From: Halobacteriaceae archaeon
Lineage (GTDB): Archaea > Halobacteriota > Halobacteria > Halobacteriales > Halobacteriaceae
DNA length: 64,000 nucleotides
Assembly (NCBI GenBank): GCA_042216675.1
Contig: JBDGTS010000020.1
Coordinates: 32,001-96,000 of the forward strand
Reading direction: 5' to 3'
Positions 18,307 to 29,427 of this stretch are shown here, in pieces (position 1 is the first letter of the stretch; every line of letters starts with the position of its first letter). The position numbers were made by a program, and so were the translations under genes. The notes below the pieces were generated by a model. That model ran no database searches. It saw only the letters and a list, made by a program, of their open reading frames with translations, and was not told the DNA's origin.

Positions 18307-20457
18307 ATGGCCGACTCGACGCCCGCCGCGGCCGCGGCGACTGTGCCCGCACCAGTCCCGCCCGACGACCCCGACGCGTGGTACGCGCCGGCGGTCCGCG
18401 CGCAACGAGAGGTGCATCCCGGCGTGATGGTGACGGTTCGGGGTGACGGCCGCGACTACGTGTACGACGTGCGCGAGCCGACGCCCGCGGCGCGCGGCGA
18501 GGCGGTGGTGACCCGAGTCGAAGAGCACTTCGCCGACGCCAACCGCTCGCGGCCCCGGACCCGCGAGGGCACCCGCGAGCGCATGGCCGCCGGGTTCGAG
18601 GGGAAGTACGAGCGCGCGCTGGAGCGACTGCTCGCGGACGTGGACTCACGGGCGACGCGGCGGCGGGTACGCTACCGAGCGCTTCGGGACCTGCGGTGTC
18701 TCGGCCCGGTGACGCCCCTCGCGCTGGACGACGCGGTGGAGGTGGCCGAGGCGGGCGACGAGCGTGTGCGGGTCCACACCGAGCGGTTCGCGCCGGCGCG
18801 GACCGACCTGCCCGCGGACGCCGACTACCTCGACAGAGTGTTGAGCGAGCGACTGCGCCGCTACACGGTGCCGTTTCGGGAGTTCGACGTGCCCGTCGTC
18901 GTGTTCCGAGAGCGGATGTTGGGCATCGACGCCTTCGACGTGAAGTACGCCGTCCTCGAACCGGACCTGCTGCCCGGCGACAGGACCCTCATCGCGGAGT
19001 GCAAGGACCGGCTGTGGGAGGAGAACGTCGACGGCGTCGTCGAGGACCGGGCCGCGTTCGTTCGGGAGCGAGCGCGGCAGTTCCTCGCGCGGCAGCTGAC
19101 GGCGCGAAACGCCAGCGCGTGGCTGGACGCCACGGCGTACCGCGTCCGGCGGGCGCTCTCCGAGTACGGCGTCGGCGTGCCGCCGGTGGGCGAGCGCTAC
19201 TCGACGGACCGACTGGACGACCTCATCTACTACGTCCTGCGGGACTTCGTCGGTGACGACAAACTGACGGTGCCGATTCGCGACGACACCTTAGAAGACG
19301 TCGAGGCGAACCGCGTCGGCGAGCGAATCAAGGTGGTGCCACGGCCCCACGTCCACGACGGGCGCGTGCCGACGAACCTCGTCTTCGAGGACGAAGCGCG
19401 CTTCACGAACGTCGTCACGCAACTCGCGGCGGGCGGCGGCGTCGAACTCAACGCCTCCCGCCCCTCCGCGAAGGTGAATCTGGACCCCGTGGAGGTGCCC
19501 GACGACCTGACGATTCGCTGCGCGGTGGCGCTCCCCGTCATCAGCGAGGACGGCCCCCACGTCTCCATCCGCAAGCAGTCGCCCGAGGCGATGACGCCCG
19601 CGGACCTCGTGGCGCGCGACAGCGTCTCGCCCGGCCTCGTCGCCCTCCTCTGGATGGCCTACGAACACCGGGGCGTCGTCCTGTTCTCGGGGCCGACGGG
19701 CGTGGGCAAGACGACGCTGATGAACGCCCACATGCCCTTTATCCCCTACGACGACCGGCCAATCTCCATCGACGAGGGCTCCCGCGAGGTCCGTCTGCCA
19801 CAGGAGACGGGCGTCTCGCTGACGACCCGCGACCACGAGAACGAGTACAAGCGCGTCTCGATGGCCGACCTGATGACCGAGACGAACTACCTCAACCCCG
19901 ACGTCGAGGTCATCGCCGAAATCAACACGCCCGAGTCGTTCGCGACGTTCGGCGAAGTGCTGAACACCGGCCACGGCGTCGTGGGCACCACCCACGCCGA
20001 GGACGTGGACACGCTGATCAACCGCACCATCGAGCAGGGACTGCCGGCGTATCTCCTTCGGGAGCTGGACCTCGTCGTGTTCCCCAAGCACGTCGACGAC
20101 GAGCGATACGTCGGCGACGTCGTGGAGTTCGTGGACCCCGAGGCCGCCGATCTGCCCGGCGCGGGCGGCCGGACGACGAAGGCCGGCGAGGACATCGTCT
20201 GGAACCGCGTCGCCCACCGTGACTACGACGGCGACTTCCACCTCGCGGGCGACGGCGACGCGGACGCCATCCGCTTCTTCGACCGGGTGGCCCGCGCGAC
20301 GGACCGCCCCGTCGCGGAGGCGGAGGCCGAGTTCGAGCGCAAGCGCCGCTACGTCGAGTACATGGTCCAAGAGGGGATGACGGACTTCGAGGCCGTCTTC
20401 GAGTTCCTCTCGGACCTGCGCAACGAGGAGGCGGCGACGGTGGAGGGCCTGCGGTAG
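18307..20457 (+). CDS. Type II/IV secretion (PilB/VirB11-like) ATPase
   Basis: Walker A GPTGVGKT, SIRK, Walker B-like VIAE, NTGH..GTTHA His box. Confidence 0.9.
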   Translation: MADSTPAAAAATVPAPVPPDDPDAWYAPAVRAQREVHPGVMVTVRGDGRDYVYDVREPTPAARGEAVVTRVEEHFADANRSRPRTREGTRERMAAGFEGKYERALERLLADVDSRATRRRVRYRALRDLRCLGPVTPLALDDAVEVAEAGDERVRVHTERFAPARTDLPADADYLDRVLSERLRRYTVPFREFDVPVVVFRERMLGIDAFDVKYAVLEPDLLPGDRTLIAECKDRLWEENVDGVVEDRAAFVRERARQFLARQLTARNASAWLDATAYRVRRALSEYGVGVPPVGERYSTDRLDDLIYYVLRDFVGDDKLTVPIRDDTLEDVEANRVGERIKVVPRPHVHDGRVPTNLVFEDEARFTNVVTQLAAGGGVELNASRPSAKVNLDPVEVPDDLTIRCAVALPVISEDGPHVSIRKQSPEAMTPADLVARDSVSPGLVALLWMAYEHRGVVLFSGPTGVGKTTLMNAHMPFIPYDDRPISIDEGSREVRLPQETGVSLTTRDHENEYKRVSMADLMTETNYLNPDVEVIAEINTPESFATFGEVLNTGHGVVGTTHAEDVDTLINRTIEQGLPAYLLRELDLVVFPKHVDDERYVGDVVEFVDPEAADLPGAGGRTTKAGEDIVWNRVAHRDYDGDFHLAGDGDADAIRFFDRVARATDRPVAEAEAEFERKRRYVEYMVQEGMTDFEAVFEFLSDLRNEEAATVEGLR

Positions 20458-20523
20458 CGGCGACAGATTGACGGTCCGCCGACGGGTGGTCACCGCCATG
20501 CGCGACCGGAGGCGAGCGAGGCC

Positions 20524-21609
20524 GTGACGGACGACGTACTGCGGCAGGGCCACGCCCAGACCCCCGCGGAAGCCGCCGCCGAACTCCGACAATTCCGCGA
20601 GTCGTGGGATTCGCTCGCGGAGTGGGAACGGCGGGCGGAGACGGTGCGCGCGGGCATCCGCCGCGGCCTGAAGTTGCGCGACCCGCCCGAGAAGACGCCG
20701 CTCCGGCCCGAGCGCCACGACAGACGCGAGTACGACGGCTACGTCGTCGAGAACCTCGCCTTCGAGAGTGCGCCGGGATTCTACGTGACGGGGAGTCTCT
20801 ACCGCCCCACCGACCACGACGGGTCGCTGGCCGGGATCCTCTGCCCCCACGGCCACGGGGGGCGGTTCCTCGCCGAGCGACAGACGCGCTGTGCCGCCCT
20901 CGCGCGGATGGGCGCGACGGTGTTCCAGTACGACATGGTCGGCTACGGCGACTGGAGGGAGGCCGGCTGGGACCACGAGGAGACGCCCGAGGTGCTCCGC
21001 CTGCAGACGTGGAACAGCGTCCGCGCCCTCGACTTCCTGCAGTCGCTGTCGGCGGTGGACCCGGACCGAATCGGGATGACTGGCTGTTCCGGCGGCGGGA
21101 CCCAGACGTTCCTCCTCGCGGCTCTCGACGACCGGGTGGCCGTCTCGGTGCCCGTCTGTCAGGTGTCGGCGCACTTCTTCGGTGGCTGTGCCTGCGAGAG
21201 CGGCATGCCAATCCACCGCGGCCCGGAGTACGTCACGAACAACGCAGAAATCGCGGCGCTCGCGGCCCCGCGGCCCCAACTCGTGATTTCCGACGGCGAC
21301 GACTGGACGACGCACACGCCGGAGACGGAGTTCCCGTACATCGAGTCGGTCTACCGCGCGTACGGCGCCGCGGACGGAGTCGAGAACGTCCACCTCCCCG
21401 ACGAGGGCCACGACTACGGGCCGTCGAAGCGCGCGGCGGCCTACCCGTTCCTCGCGACCCATCTCGGCCTCGACGTCGACGCAGTGACGGACGCGGACGG
21501 CGAAATCGACGAGTCCTTCGTCACCACCGAGGACCGGGCCGACATGCTCGTCTTCGGCCCGGACAACCCCCGCCCGGACGACGCGGCGCCGCCGAACACC
21601 GCGCTGTAG
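20524..21609 (+). CDS. Acetyl xylan esterase-like alpha/beta hydrolase
   Basis: CPHGH, VDPDRIG, GCSGGG nucleophile elbow, APRP and GHDY. Confidence 0.8.
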   Translation: MTDDVLRQGHAQTPAEAAAELRQFRESWDSLAEWERRAETVRAGIRRGLKLRDPPEKTPLRPERHDRREYDGYVVENLAFESAPGFYVTGSLYRPTDHDGSLAGILCPHGHGGRFLAERQTRCAALARMGATVFQYDMVGYGDWREAGWDHEETPEVLRLQTWNSVRALDFLQSLSAVDPDRIGMTGCSGGGTQTFLLAALDDRVAVSVPVCQVSAHFFGGCACESGMPIHRGPEYVTNNAEIAALAAPRPQLVISDGDDWTTHTPETEFPYIESVYRAYGAADGVENVHLPDEGHDYGPSKRAAAYPFLATHLGLDVDAVTDADGEIDESFVTTEDRADMLVFGPDNPRPDDAAPPNTAL

Positions 21610-22404
21610 TCAGTCCGGCAGGTCCTCGACGGCCACCGGCGTCGCGTCGGCGCGGTGCGCCTCGAACATCTCGACGGCCCACGCGCGCACCGTCTCGTCG
21701 TCGGACTCCACGACGGCAGGGCGAGTACCGTCCTCGTCGGAGAGCATCAACACCACCGTCTCGTCGGCTATCATCAGGTCCACCGGCACCGCGCGGTCCG
21801 TACGGAAGTGCTCGCCCTGTCCGCTCGCGGCGATGTCGCGGAGCCACGCCCGCATCTCCGGGTCGGTGGCGATGGCCGAGAGCGAGCGCTCGGCGTGGAC
21901 GACGGCGAAGGACTGCTCGGACTCGGAGACGGCCTCGCGGTGGTGGCGGATGGCCGCCGGCTTGGCCGTCCGAGAGAGGACGCGCACCGCGTCGGCGTCG
22001 GCCATCACCGACGCGTAGCGGCGCGCCGGGGCCGTCGGGTCGGCAGGGTCGGCCTCGGTGACCGTCGCGTCCGCGAACGCCCGGAAGTCCACGTCGATGG
22101 CGTCGGTGGGAAGCAGACCCAGAACATCGCGGAACCGCCGGCCCACGGCGGCGGAGTCCAGCAGTCGCGAGAGGTCCTCGGCGAGGAGGCGGCCCAGCGG
22201 CGTCACGCGGTAGGTGTCGCCGTCGCGGACCGCCCAGTTGCGGTCGGTGAAGTCGCCGAGGATGCGGCCGACGGTGACCCGCGAGGCGCCCGTCGCGTCC
22301 ACGAGGTCGGTGCGCGTCCGCGGACCGTCGGCGAGTTCGCGCAGGACCGTGACGCGGTGGGCCGAGCGGGTGAGAAAGGCCACGTCCTCCAGCGAGTCGC
22401 TCAT
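21610..22404 (-). CDS. Winged-helix transcriptional regulator, FilR1-like
   Basis: FLTRSAHRVTVL, SRVTVGRIL HTH, C-terminal VESDDETVRAWA. Confidence 0.85.
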   Translation of the reverse strand: MSDSLEDVAFLTRSAHRVTVLRELADGPRTRTDLVDATGASRVTVGRILGDFTDRNWAVRDGDTYRVTPLGRLLAEDLSRLLDSAAVGRRFRDVLGLLPTDAIDVDFRAFADATVTEADPADPTAPARRYASVMADADAVRVLSRTAKPAAIRHHREAVSESEQSFAVVHAERSLSAIATDPEMRAWLRDIAASGQGEHFRTDRAVPVDLMIADETVVLMLSDEDGTRPAVVESDDETVRAWAVEMFEAHRADATPVAVEDLPD

Positions 22405-22441
22405 GGGCCCCGTTGCCGGAGATGGCGCTTCAGCCTTCCGC

Positions 22442-23371
22442 TCACGCCACCTGCGTCAGCGCCACCCCGGCGACGATGGCGACGACCGCACCGAGGAGGC
22501 GCGGGGACCGAGGGGGCGCCCCGGCGGCGGCGTAGGTGGCGCCGACCACGAGCAGCGGGTAGGTGTAGACGAGGGGCAACACGACCACCACGTCGCCGAG
22601 TCGGAGCGCCGCGAACTGACCGAGCCACGCCGCCGCGACGAGGGCGCCCGCGACGACGAACGGGACGAGCGCGCGGGGACGGGTCCACACCGCGCGGGCC
22701 GTCCGGCGGCGGGCGGGCGAGACGACTGCCGCGCCGGCGAACACGACGGCCGCAGTGGTCTGGGTGACGGCCGTCGCGACGAGCGGTCGGGGGAAGCCCG
22801 CGAGGCCCCAATCCACGACGACGTAGCCGACGCCGACGGCGAGTGCCGCCCCGACGGGGTATGCGAACGCCCGGGGGTCGGCGTCACCGAGGGCCGTGAG
22901 GACCGGGTCGTCCGCGTCCGGGCCGGCCGATTTGCCGACGAACTGCAGGAGGGCGCCCCCGCCGACGACGGCCAGCAAGCCAACGGCATCGCTCACCGGG
23001 AGCGGTGCGCCGAACGCGACGACGGCCAGCGCCACGGCCACGACGGGGTTCGCGGTGACGACGGCCGCGGAGACGGACGGCCCCACCCGGTCGATACCCG
23101 CGTAGTAGAGCAAGCGGAAGGCGGCGGGGTAGAGGACGCCCGCGGCGACGAAGGGACGGAGGCGAGCGGGGTCGGCCGGGAGCGAGGCCCCCCGGACGAG
23201 CGCCACCCCCCAGAACGCGACGAGGCTGACGACGACGGAGACGAGGGCCGCCGCGAACGCGGGGGCGTCGAGGTCCGACGCCCCGTCGAGGCCCCGCCCG
23301 ACGACGAGTGCCTGCAGGCCGAAACAGCACGCGGTGAACAGCGAGAGCGCCACGACGAGGTCAGCGGTCAT
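22442..23371 (-). CDS. EamA/DMT-family transporter
   Basis: About 10 TM segments in two repeats (GIDRVGPS...NP; LGDVVVVLP...YP). ATG at 23371. Confidence 0.82.
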   Translation of the reverse strand: MTADLVVALSLFTACCFGLQALVVGRGLDGASDLDAPAFAAALVSVVVSLVAFWGVALVRGASLPADPARLRPFVAAGVLYPAAFRLLYYAGIDRVGPSVSAAVVTANPVVAVALAVVAFGAPLPVSDAVGLLAVVGGGALLQFVGKSAGPDADDPVLTALGDADPRAFAYPVGAALAVGVGYVVVDWGLAGFPRPLVATAVTQTTAAVVFAGAAVVSPARRRTARAVWTRPRALVPFVVAGALVAAAWLGQFAALRLGDVVVVLPLVYTYPLLVVGATYAAAGAPPRSPRLLGAVVAIVAGVALTQVA

Positions 23372-23563
23372 ACACGAACCGAAGGACCGACGCCGGATGG
23401 TGATTCCCGGCGAACACGGTTCGCGGTCGGGTGGGACGACGGCCGCTGAAGGACGTTCACGGCGTGAATCAGACGCGATTTCGTATCGCGGAGAACGGTT
23501 TATTGGGCCGGTCCCGGCGCGGGACGGCCAACTGTTTTGGCACTCGGTCGCACACGTCACGGT

Positions 23564-24454
23564 ATGGAGACGCGACCACTGGGCGACACGGGCCACGACA
23601 GTTCAATCGTCACCTTCGGCGCCATCGCGCTCGATTCGCTGACGCAGGCGGACGCGAACGCGATGGTGGACGACGTCCTCGACGCCGGCGTCAACCACGT
23701 CGACGTGGCGCCGTCGTACGGCGACGCCGAACGGAAACTCGCGCCGAAACTCGCGGAGCGACGCGACGAGGTGTTTCTGGGCTGTAAGACACAGGAGCGC
23801 TCCTACTACGGCGCGTGGGGGTCGCTGGAACGCTCGCTGGACCGCCTCGGCGTCGACAAAATCGACCTGTACCAGTTCCACGCCGTCACGCGCTACGACC
23901 AACTCGACGCCATCACGGGCGACGCGACGCGCGACCGCGGCGAGGGGGACCACGGCGGCGCCCTCGCGGCGTTCAAAGAGGCACAGGAGGAGGGCCTCAT
24001 CGACCACGTCGGCCTGACGAGCCACGGCGACCCGAGCGTCATCCGGAGCGCGATGGACCGCATCCCCGAACTGGAGACGGTGATGTTTCCGTTCAACGCG
24101 ACGCTGGACGCGAAGGAAGGGCCGGAACACGACTACCGCGCGGTCCTGGACGACGCACGGGAGCGGGGACTGGGCACACTCTGTATCAAGGCCTTCGCGA
24201 AGGGGCCGTGGCCGGAGGACGGCGAGCGGCCCTACGCGACGTGGTACGAACCGTACGACGACCCCGACGACTTAGCGGAGTGCCTGCGCTACGCCCTCTC
24301 GCAGGGGATGACCTCGATTCCGAACGCGGGGGACCCGGCCCTCGTGGCGCCGATTCTGGAGGCGGCGAACCGCTTCGAGGAACTCCCCGCGGACGAGCAA
24401 GCGGCCGTGCGCGCCGACAGGGAGGACGACGACTCGCCGGTGCCCTCGCCCTGA
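23564..24454 (+). CDS. Aldo/keto reductase; its 3' end forms the island attachment-like site
   Basis: METRPLGDTG, DVAPSYG, LGCKT, SLDRLGVDKIDLYQFH. Confidence 0.9.
   Translation: METRPLGDTGHDSSIVTFGAIALDSLTQADANAMVDDVLDAGVNHVDVAPSYGDAERKLAPKLAERRDEVFLGCKTQERSYYGAWGSLERSLDRLGVDKIDLYQFHAVTRYDQLDAITGDATRDRGEGDHGGALAAFKEAQEEGLIDHVGLTSHGDPSVIRSAMDRIPELETVMFPFNATLDAKEGPEHDYRAVLDDARERGLGTLCIKAFAKGPWPEDGERPYATWYEPYDDPDDLAECLRYALSQGMTSIPNAGDPALVAPILEAANRFEELPADEQAAVRADREDDDSPVPSP
24440..24454 (+). repeat. Left direct repeat (attL-like) gtgccctcgccctga
   Basis: Matches 37757-37771 (gtgccgtcgccctga) at 14 of 15 positions. These are the last five codons of the aldo/keto reductase. Confidence 0.75.
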
Positions 24455-24758
24455 GTGCGTCCGCCGGAACAGAGTCACAGTCCGCCGGGCCCGCGCGTCG
24501 GGTCGACGTCATCCTGTTCGGGACGGTGGCTGTGTTTGGGTGCGTCCCAGAACGGGTTGTCTGGGCCAGGCCCGATTGCCACCATCGGGGACGCAGTGAG
24601 CAAACAGACGCGTGTGACGGACCGCTGTTCGTCCTCGCGGTCGGCCGGAGACTATCACTGCCATCCCGCTCGAACAGGTCGGTTCGGACGGCTCCGGACC
24701 GAGAGCGCGACGCGGGGGAAACGTTTATACGCCCTCTATATGGGGTGACGCGCGGATC

Positions 24759-26285
24759 ATGAACTCATCCGGCGGCGATTTCGAGAGGGGGGCACCGGAG
24801 AGTGGCGACGCGTTCCGGCGAGCGGTCGGCGATACCGTCGAGCACGCTCGGACGGTGATCGAGGACGGTCCCCACGACGCCACGTGGGACTCCCTTGAGA
24901 CACACGAGGCGGCACCGGAGTGGTTCCGAGACGCCAAGTTCGGTGTGTACTGCCACTGGGGGCTCTATTCCGTCCCCGCATTCGAGAGCGAGTGGTATCC
25001 GCGCTTCATGTACGACGCCGATCACGAGATTCACGACCGCCGTAGTCTGGACAACGACGTCTTCGGGCATCACGTCGAGACCTACGGTCCGCCCGACGAA
25101 GCGCCCTATCAGGACTTCGCCGAGGACTTCACGGCGGAGAACTTCGACGCCGAGACGTGGGCAGACCTCTTCGACGAGATCGGTGCGCGGTTCGCCGGTC
25201 CGGTCGCGGAACACCACGACGGCTGGTCGAACTGGGAGTCGGAACTCAATCCGTGGAACGCCGGCGACCATGGCCCGCACCGGGACCTGGTCGGTGCGTT
25301 GGAGACTGCTGTCCGGGACCGCGGACTGCGGTTCATGACCTCGTTTCACCACGAACGAACGCGGGACCACTTTCAGGCAGCGTACGAGCATTACCCGTCT
25401 GTCATGGCTGAGTACCCGGACGAGGTCATGTACGGAAACCTCGACGACGACCTGTACTTCGACTACTGGTTGGCCCGTCTAGTGGAAGTCATCGACGAGT
25501 ACGCGCCGGATTTGATCTGGCACGACGCGGGGTTAGAGAAGATTCCGGAGAGCCATCACCGCCAGTACCTCGCGTACTACTTCAACCGGTCAATACAGTC
25601 CGACCAGGAGGCCGTCGTCACCGCAAAGAACGAGGACTTGCCTCTCGGCGTCGCCGTGGAGGACTTCGAGCGTGGCCGACCCGCCGAACAACGCGACCGC
25701 CCGTGGCTCACGGACACCTCCATCACGACGAACGGGTGGGCCTATCTCGAAGACCAGTCTCTGAAGACGCCGCGGACGATCGTACACGAGCTGATCGACA
25801 TCGTCAGCAAGAACGGCTGTCTCCTCCTGAACTTCGCGCCCAGACCGGACGGGACTATCCCCGAGTCACAGAAAGATGTGTTGCGCGACGTCGGCGCGTG
25901 GCTGGACACGCACGGTGAGGCAATTTACGGGACGCGGCCCTGGACGACCTTCGGCGAGGGACCGACGAACTTGGATGGCGGGGGACACTTCCTCGACGAC
26001 GTGGAGTACACCGCCGCGGACGTCCGCTACACGCGGTCCAAGGATGCCGACACGCTGTACGCGATCGTGATGGGATGGCCGGCCGACGTGACCGTCAACC
26101 TCGATTCGGTCACCATCGACGATGGAGCGGACGGCGACGTGGGGCTCCTCGGGGGACCGGACGAACTCGACTACGAGAGTGACCGGGAGAACGGGCTGTC
26201 GATTACCGTGCCAGACCTCGACGCCACCGCGCGGCCCAGCGACGTGGCCGTGGTCTTCAAACTCGCTGGGTTCGGCGTGGCCTAA
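24759..26285 (+). CDS. GH29 alpha-L-fucosidase
   Basis: WFRDAKFGVYCHWG, EHHDG, IWHD nucleophile, DIVSKNGCLLLN, GEAIYGTRPW. Confidence 0.92.
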   Translation: MNSSGGDFERGAPESGDAFRRAVGDTVEHARTVIEDGPHDATWDSLETHEAAPEWFRDAKFGVYCHWGLYSVPAFESEWYPRFMYDADHEIHDRRSLDNDVFGHHVETYGPPDEAPYQDFAEDFTAENFDAETWADLFDEIGARFAGPVAEHHDGWSNWESELNPWNAGDHGPHRDLVGALETAVRDRGLRFMTSFHHERTRDHFQAAYEHYPSVMAEYPDEVMYGNLDDDLYFDYWLARLVEVIDEYAPDLIWHDAGLEKIPESHHRQYLAYYFNRSIQSDQEAVVTAKNEDLPLGVAVEDFERGRPAEQRDRPWLTDTSITTNGWAYLEDQSLKTPRTIVHELIDIVSKNGCLLLNFAPRPDGTIPESQKDVLRDVGAWLDTHGEAIYGTRPWTTFGEGPTNLDGGGHFLDDVEYTAADVRYTRSKDADTLYAIVMGWPADVTVNLDSVTIDDGADGDVGLLGGPDELDYESDRENGLSITVPDLDATARPSDVAVVFKLAGFGVA

Positions 26286-26487
26286 GCGGGACCGCTCCGC
26301 CAGCGCCGCGGCCATTCGGACTCGACGGACGACCACCGGCTGGCGACCGGTTCCGAGACCGCCTGGACCGCAGATAGAAACCCTAACTGCTCAGGAGAGC
26401 GGGCCTAGTCCCGTCGCAGAGAGCCACAGCAGCGGGTCGCCGCGCCGCGTGACCCGCGTCGCTCCCGTCGGGTGAAGTCGCCGGCCG

Positions 26488-27957
26488 TCACTCGGAGCCG
26501 TACGGCCCGGCTCGGTCCGGCCACTCCTCGTGCGCTGGATTCTGCGCCGGGAACCGCGCGTCGACGTCATCTTGCCACTCGTGAAGCCGCCGTCGGAGGT
26601 CGTCGACCACCGCCGGGCGGTGGTCACTCAGGTCCCGCGCTTCCCGGACGTCCGCACCGAGGTCGTACAGGGCTACGTCGTCAGTCTCGAAGAACTCGAT
26701 GAGTTTCCAGTCCCCCGCGCGCACCGCCGCCGAGGGCGTTCCCCCCTGATTCCCGTAGTGTGGGTAGTGCCAGAAGACGGCGTCGCGGTCGAGGCCCACC
26801 GTGTCGTCTTCGAGCAACGGGCGAAGGCTCTCGCCGTCGATTGCTTGCCCCTCCGGGTTCGGAACGCCCGCCGCGTCGAGGACCGTCGGGTAAACGTCCG
26901 GACTGGTGACCGGCGTGTCCACCATCGCGGCACTCTCGCCCGCGTCTGTGACGCCCGGCCAGTGGACGATCATCGGCACGCGATTGCCACCCTCCACCAT
27001 CCAGCCTTTCCCTTCGCTGAGCGGCCGGTTCGTCGTTGGGGACCCCTCTGACGTCGCCAGCCCCCCGTTGTCGGACGTGAAGATGACGACGGTGTCGTCG
27101 GCCTGTCCCGTTCGGTCGAGGGCGTCCAGCAGGCGACCGACGCACCTGTCGAGCGTCTCGACCATCGCGGCATAGACGGGGTCCGACTGGACGAGGCGGC
27201 GTCGTATCCGCTCCTCTCTCTTGCCTTCCGTCGGGAAGCGACCACCGAGTTCGAACTCCTCGACCTCGTCGAGACCGAGCGCGCGTCGCTTTCGCTCGTA
27301 CCGTTCGACGAGGTCGTCGGGCGCCTGGAGGGGCGTGTGAACGAGGTACGGGCTGTAGTTGAGGAAGAACGGGTCGTCGCTCTCGGCGTGGTCTTCGACG
27401 AGCGTCACGGCCTCGTCAGCGAGTCGGTGGGGCAGATAGGCGCCGTCATCGGCGCTCTCGTCGAGATTCGGGATCTCCCACGGTCGAAAGTAACCACCTT
27501 CCCCGGCCGGCATACCCCACTCGCAGCCGCCGACGTTGACGTCGAAGCCGTGGTCCTCGGGCCGACTGTCCTGCGACGCGCCGCCGAGGTGCCACTTCCC
27601 GACGTGATAACGCCTGTAACCGGCGTCGCTCAGTGTGGCCGCGAGCGTCGTCTCCTCGTGCGGGAGGTGGTCCGAGTACTCGGCGTCGACTAGTTTGCCC
27701 CGGGCCGGATGGGTCCGACCGTGGAAGTCGATCCAGTCGGTGACGCCGACCCGTCCCGGATAGTTCCCCGTCATGATGCTCGCACGGGTCGGTGAGCAGA
27801 CCGGACACGACGCGTACGCGTCGGTGAAGCGCGTTCCGTCCCGGGCGAGTTGGTCGAGGTTCGGGGTCTCGTAAAATGGACTCCCGTAACAGCCCAGATC
27901 TCGCCAGCCGAGATCGTCCGCGGTGATACAGACCACGTTCGGCCGATTTGCGGCCAT
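26488..27957 (-). CDS. Cys-type formylglycine-dependent sulfatase
   Basis: PNVVCITADDLG, CSPTRASIMTG (CxPxR), GKWHLG, TSDNG. ATG at 27957; no signal peptide. Confidence 0.92.
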   Translation of the reverse strand: MAANRPNVVCITADDLGWRDLGCYGSPFYETPNLDQLARDGTRFTDAYASCPVCSPTRASIMTGNYPGRVGVTDWIDFHGRTHPARGKLVDAEYSDHLPHEETTLAATLSDAGYRRYHVGKWHLGGASQDSRPEDHGFDVNVGGCEWGMPAGEGGYFRPWEIPNLDESADDGAYLPHRLADEAVTLVEDHAESDDPFFLNYSPYLVHTPLQAPDDLVERYERKRRALGLDEVEEFELGGRFPTEGKREERIRRRLVQSDPVYAAMVETLDRCVGRLLDALDRTGQADDTVVIFTSDNGGLATSEGSPTTNRPLSEGKGWMVEGGNRVPMIVHWPGVTDAGESAAMVDTPVTSPDVYPTVLDAAGVPNPEGQAIDGESLRPLLEDDTVGLDRDAVFWHYPHYGNQGGTPSAAVRAGDWKLIEFFETDDVALYDLGADVREARDLSDHRPAVVDDLRRRLHEWQDDVDARFPAQNPAHEEWPDRAGPYGSE

Positions 27958-28357
27958 GTGCCCGACCCACCTCTGGGCCGCTGATAAATGTATGCCCAGG
28001 TGGCCCGAGCAGGGACGCGGGTTCGAGCCCCGAGCGAACCGTGCCCGAGACCGAGCGCGAGTCGCCACCGGCGGCCCCAGGACTTCGAGTGACGGACGAG
28101 CGCACGGCTCCCCGGGCCGAACCGACGATTCGGGGAGGAGGTCCGATGAGCGGCGATTCGAGGCACCGGACGCGACCCGCCGCGCACCTCGCGGCGACGT
28201 CGAGTTCGAGCGGGACAGTCTCGAACCGACCGACGCCGGGAGGCGGCAGCGTCCGGATGGACAGCCGAGGGACGGCTCCCGCGCCTGTCGCCCGGGTCCC
28301 CTGTCCATCGAATCGAACCGGAGAGGCTATGCAGTGGTGGCCTGTTACACGATGCCT

Positions 28358-29302
28358 ATGGACACGACGCTGATGCTACCCCCCGCCCCGGATCGGCGGT
28401 GGACGATCGCCCGACAACTCGGTATCGACACGGCAGTCGTCCGTTTCTGGGGGGTCGAGGAGTGGTGGACGTTCGACACGCTGTTGGAGACGCGCAACCG
28501 CTTTGCCGACCACGGGCTCTCCCTCGACGTGGTCGAGGACCGCCCGCCGATGGAACGGACGGTGCTCGGAGAGCCGGGCCGCGACGAGGAGATCGAGACG
28601 GTCAAACGGCTCCTCCGGAACATGGGGACACTCGGCATCGACACCTACTGCTGGGTGTGGACCGAGAACCCACTGGGTGTCCTCCGGACCTCCCGGTCCG
28701 TCCCGTTGCGTGGGGACTCCCGGACGACTGCCTACGACCACGCCCAGCAACAACTGGCCGACGACCACCCGGCAGCGGACCTCACCGAAGAGGAGCTGTG
28801 GGACAACCTCCAGTACTTCCTCGACGAGGTCGTCCCGGTCGCCGAGGAGGCCGGCGTGAACATGGCGCTCCATCCGGACGACCCGCCGACGTCGCCGATC
28901 CGCGGCGTCCCGCGACTGGTCACGTCCGTCGAGAACTACGAGCGCATCCTGAGCATGCACGACAGTCCCAACCACGGCGTGACGTTCTGTCAGGGCAACT
29001 TCGCGGCGATGGGGGCCGACGTTCCATCGGCCATCGAACAGTTCGGCGAGAAGATTCACTTCGTCCACTTCAGGGACGTGAACGGTGACGCCGACTCGTT
29101 CGTCGAAACGTGGCACGACGACGGCCCGACCGACATGAAGGCGGCTATCGACGCCTATCGAGATGCGGGGTTCGACGGGCCGATCAGGCCCGACCACGTT
29201 CCGAAGATGGTCGGCGAGCAGGACCGGGACGAGGCGATGGCCGGCTACACGGACATGGGCCGACTGTTCGCCGTCGGATACATCGAGGGCTTACTGGAGT
29301 AG
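28358..29302 (+). CDS. uxuA: Mannonate dehydratase (UxuA family)
   Basis: LWDNLQYFL, HPDDPP, TFCQG, HFRDV, RPDHVP, GRLFAVGY. Confidence 0.88.
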   Translation: MDTTLMLPPAPDRRWTIARQLGIDTAVVRFWGVEEWWTFDTLLETRNRFADHGLSLDVVEDRPPMERTVLGEPGRDEEIETVKRLLRNMGTLGIDTYCWVWTENPLGVLRTSRSVPLRGDSRTTAYDHAQQQLADDHPAADLTEEELWDNLQYFLDEVVPVAEEAGVNMALHPDDPPTSPIRGVPRLVTSVENYERILSMHDSPNHGVTFCQGNFAAMGADVPSAIEQFGEKIHFVHFRDVNGDADSFVETWHDDGPTDMKAAIDAYRDAGFDGPIRPDHVPKMVGEQDRDEAMAGYTDMGRLFAVGYIEGLLE

Positions 29303-29427
29303 CCGAGACCGTCGCCGGCGCAGACCGCGTCGCGTCGTCTCCGTCGGGCGCCGGGCCGTGACTCTGGACCGCGACCGTGGCGCAGACGCCCCACACTCTT
29401 ATACGCGGCTTCGCGGATGGTCACGCC

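Noticed and set aside
20461-20478. cgacag(attga)cggtccg after the ATPase resembles cgacagcggtccg at 58055-58067 before pilC
   Set aside because: Short, gapped and GC-rich; not distinguishable from chance, so not called as an insertion scar.
27958-28350. About 390-bp gap between the divergent sulfatase and uxuA genes, spanned by ORF extensions on both strands
   Set aside because: The extensions are low-complexity and non-acidic. No RNA structure, repeat or gene remnant could be supported.
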